This document shows, in pieces, positions 61,861 to 64,000 of a stretch of DNA of 64,000 nucleotides. The notes under the pieces were generated by a model, which was given only the letters and a program-made list of their open reading frames with translations, did no database searches and had not been told where the DNA came from. Source of the stretch: Azolla caroliniana (lineage: Eukaryota > Plantae > Polypodiophyta); contig JBHGNT010000003.1 of the NCBI GenBank assembly GCA_043228905.1, positions 9,176,001 through 9,240,000 on the forward strand, read 5' to 3'. The number at the start of each line of letters is the position of its first letter. Within the stretch, counting starts at the first letter, position 1. Position numbers and translations under genes: made by a program.

Positions 61861-64000
61861 ATATACATTTCTTCCTGAAGATTGCCTTGCAGGAACACGT
61901 TCTTTACATCCATATGATGTAGATGCCACCCCTTCGCTATTGCCACCATAAGCAAGACACAGATGGTCGTCATCTTTGCAACTGACACGAACGTCTCATC
62001 GTAGTCGATGTCGTGCTTTTGCACATAACCCTTTGCCACTAACCGAGCCTTGTACCTGTTGATAGAGTTGTCGGTGTTGTATTTAACTTTGTATACCCAC
62101 TTGCAACCGATCAACTTTATTCCTTTCGGTACGTCCACTAAATTCCACATCTCATTTTCCGTGAGTGTGTGCATCTCTTCCTCCATAGCGGCACACCAAT
62201 TTGCGTCTTTCGCCACTTTTTCATTGCTCTCCGACTCACGCATGGCTGCCACCTTCACCATGTACGCATAATGATTGTACCCGTACCTTTTTATGAGGTT
62301 CTTCTGGCAGGTGGATCGGCACAGTTTCTACTTTGCCGATTTCTTGGCCTTCGTGGGCAACACAAAATTCTCTTTGGAAGGTTCATCTTCGATCTGTTCG
62401 AAGTCGGATCTACCGTCGTTGCCGGTGTCGTATTCCGGCATCTTCTTGTTCCCCTTTTCTTTGTGTGTGAACCGTCTCCTCGGTTCCTTGCACGGGGAGA
62501 GCACAACCGAGTCTTCACTACTCGCCAGTTCTTCATCTAACTAGTCATCCCGACTCAGTCACTCATTCGGCCCACTTAGCTGGAATGAGGTCGGACTCTC
62601 ATCTTCTGCCCGGATTGTTTCAGGCTCACTGGCCTCATCCTCCAGAATCGGCTCGGAGTCGGACATGGGAGGCGGTAGAGAGTACCATGATGCCGACTCA
62701 TCAAATTCAACATCTCGTCTCACTCGAACTTGTTTTGTTCGGGGGTTATAGCACTTATAACCCTTTTGCTCATGTGAGTAGCCGACAAGGATGCCCTTCT
62801 CCGACTTTGGGTCCAGCTTTCTCCGCTTCTCATTCGAAACATGCACATATGCAATGCTACCGAATATCTTAAGGTGCCTTAAATTCAGCTTCTGCCCGAA
62901 GTACAGCTCATGGGCTGACACCTTATCCCCGATCTGGTTTTGGATGTAGACGGCCATCTTGACCGCTTTGGCCTAATAGAACTTGGGCATGCTCTTCTCT
63001 TCCATCATTGACCGTGCCGCATTGATGATCGACCGGTTGTTCCTTTCGGCTACACCGTTTTGTTCCGGTGTGTATCGGCAACTGAATTCTCTCTGAATTC
63101 CTTTCTGCTGCAGATAACTGTTGAATTGGCCGGAAAAATATTCTTTTCTGCTATCCGACCGTAGGCACTTGATCTTCCTCTCTATTTTCCGTTCGACAAG
63201 ACTTTGCAGGTTCCGGAAACAGTCGAAGACTTTGCTTTTCTTCACGATGAGGTAGATCCCTGTGTGTCGACTATAGTCGTCGATGAAGGGGACGAAATAT
63301 CGGCCCCCGCCAAGATTAACGTTCTGTGCCAGTTCCCATACATCCGAATGTATTAGATCGAGCTTGTTATGGCTCTGGTTTCTTTCAATGGGGAAGGGAA
63401 GTCGGTGTTGCTTCCCGAGTTGGCAGGATTCACAAATTTGGGCCTTTCGGCCACTAAATTTCGGCAATCCGAAAACAACTTGTTTCGATTGCAAGTCCTG
63501 AAGCCTCTGGTGGTTGACGTGTTCGATCCGCTTGTGCCACAGATCGATGTTTGATTTGATCTTCTGTCCTTTTGCGAACATAGAGGTGCCAACGTCATTG
63601 GTGTTGAGGATGAACATCCTCCCATCCCTGCGCCCTTGCACGATTATACAACCTTCTTCCTCTATGAAGCACCCGAGGTGCGTGAACTGCACCTGCAACC
63701 CCTAGTCAACGATTTTCCTGACTGACATCAGGTTCTCTGTGATTGTTGGAACATGTAGTATGTTCATCAGCTTTCCCTTTTGTCCGACATGGCTTAAAGG
63801 GAATTCTCTGACATGCATGATCGGGTGAGGAGTTTCGTCTCCGGTTTCGACAACTCCTAGTTGCTCTGGCTTTTCTAGAAACGAGAACCACTTTTCGTGG
63901 CTCGTCATGTGGTTAGATGCTCCGGAGTCAACATACCACACTTCCTTAGATTTGGAAGTGATCTTCTTCATCGAGTTCGCCTTGTGCTTCATCACAAAGG
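61861..64000 (-). mobile_element. Copia I: PR-INT-RT fragment, cut by H inside RT and extending beyond the window
   Basis: WYVDSGASNHMT; LWHKRI.H; YTPEQNGVAER; KLDPKS; RYKARLVAKGY; MDVKNVFLQG. Confidence 0.93.

Overview
Eukaryotic DNA, most likely from a non-seed land plant (inferred from the retroelement types). The first 6.5 kb hold one intact five-exon nuclear gene on the minus strand for mitochondrial complex I subunit NDUFS4 (about 151 aa), with LINE and Copia relics in intron 1. From 416 bp upstream of its ATG to the end of the window lie two nests of decayed LTR retrotransposons. Nest 1 (6850-35223): short-LTR gypsy A contains extra-ORF-only element B, which contains tRNA-Trp-primed gypsy C, which contains a Tcn1-like chromovirus and Copia G1. 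Nest 2 (about 36410-64000): Trp-primed gypsy D, an orphan LTR fragment split by chromovirus E, Athila/Tat-like H, gag-only F containing Copia G2, and Copia I running off the window. Boundaries come from LTR pairs, target-site duplications (TSD), primer-binding sites (PBS) and polypurine tracts (PPT) read by eye; lineage names are from motif recall, not searches. Most notable signals: tRNA-like Pol III A-box/32 nt/B-box modules in the U3 of all three Trp-primed elements; a palindromic repeat-spacer array in the leader of E; a coiled-coil extra ORF shared by B and H, with a hairpin in place of a PPT; a Tf1-type self-priming signature; two -1 frameshift signals; and a flank-capturing duplication that preserves an empty insertion site.
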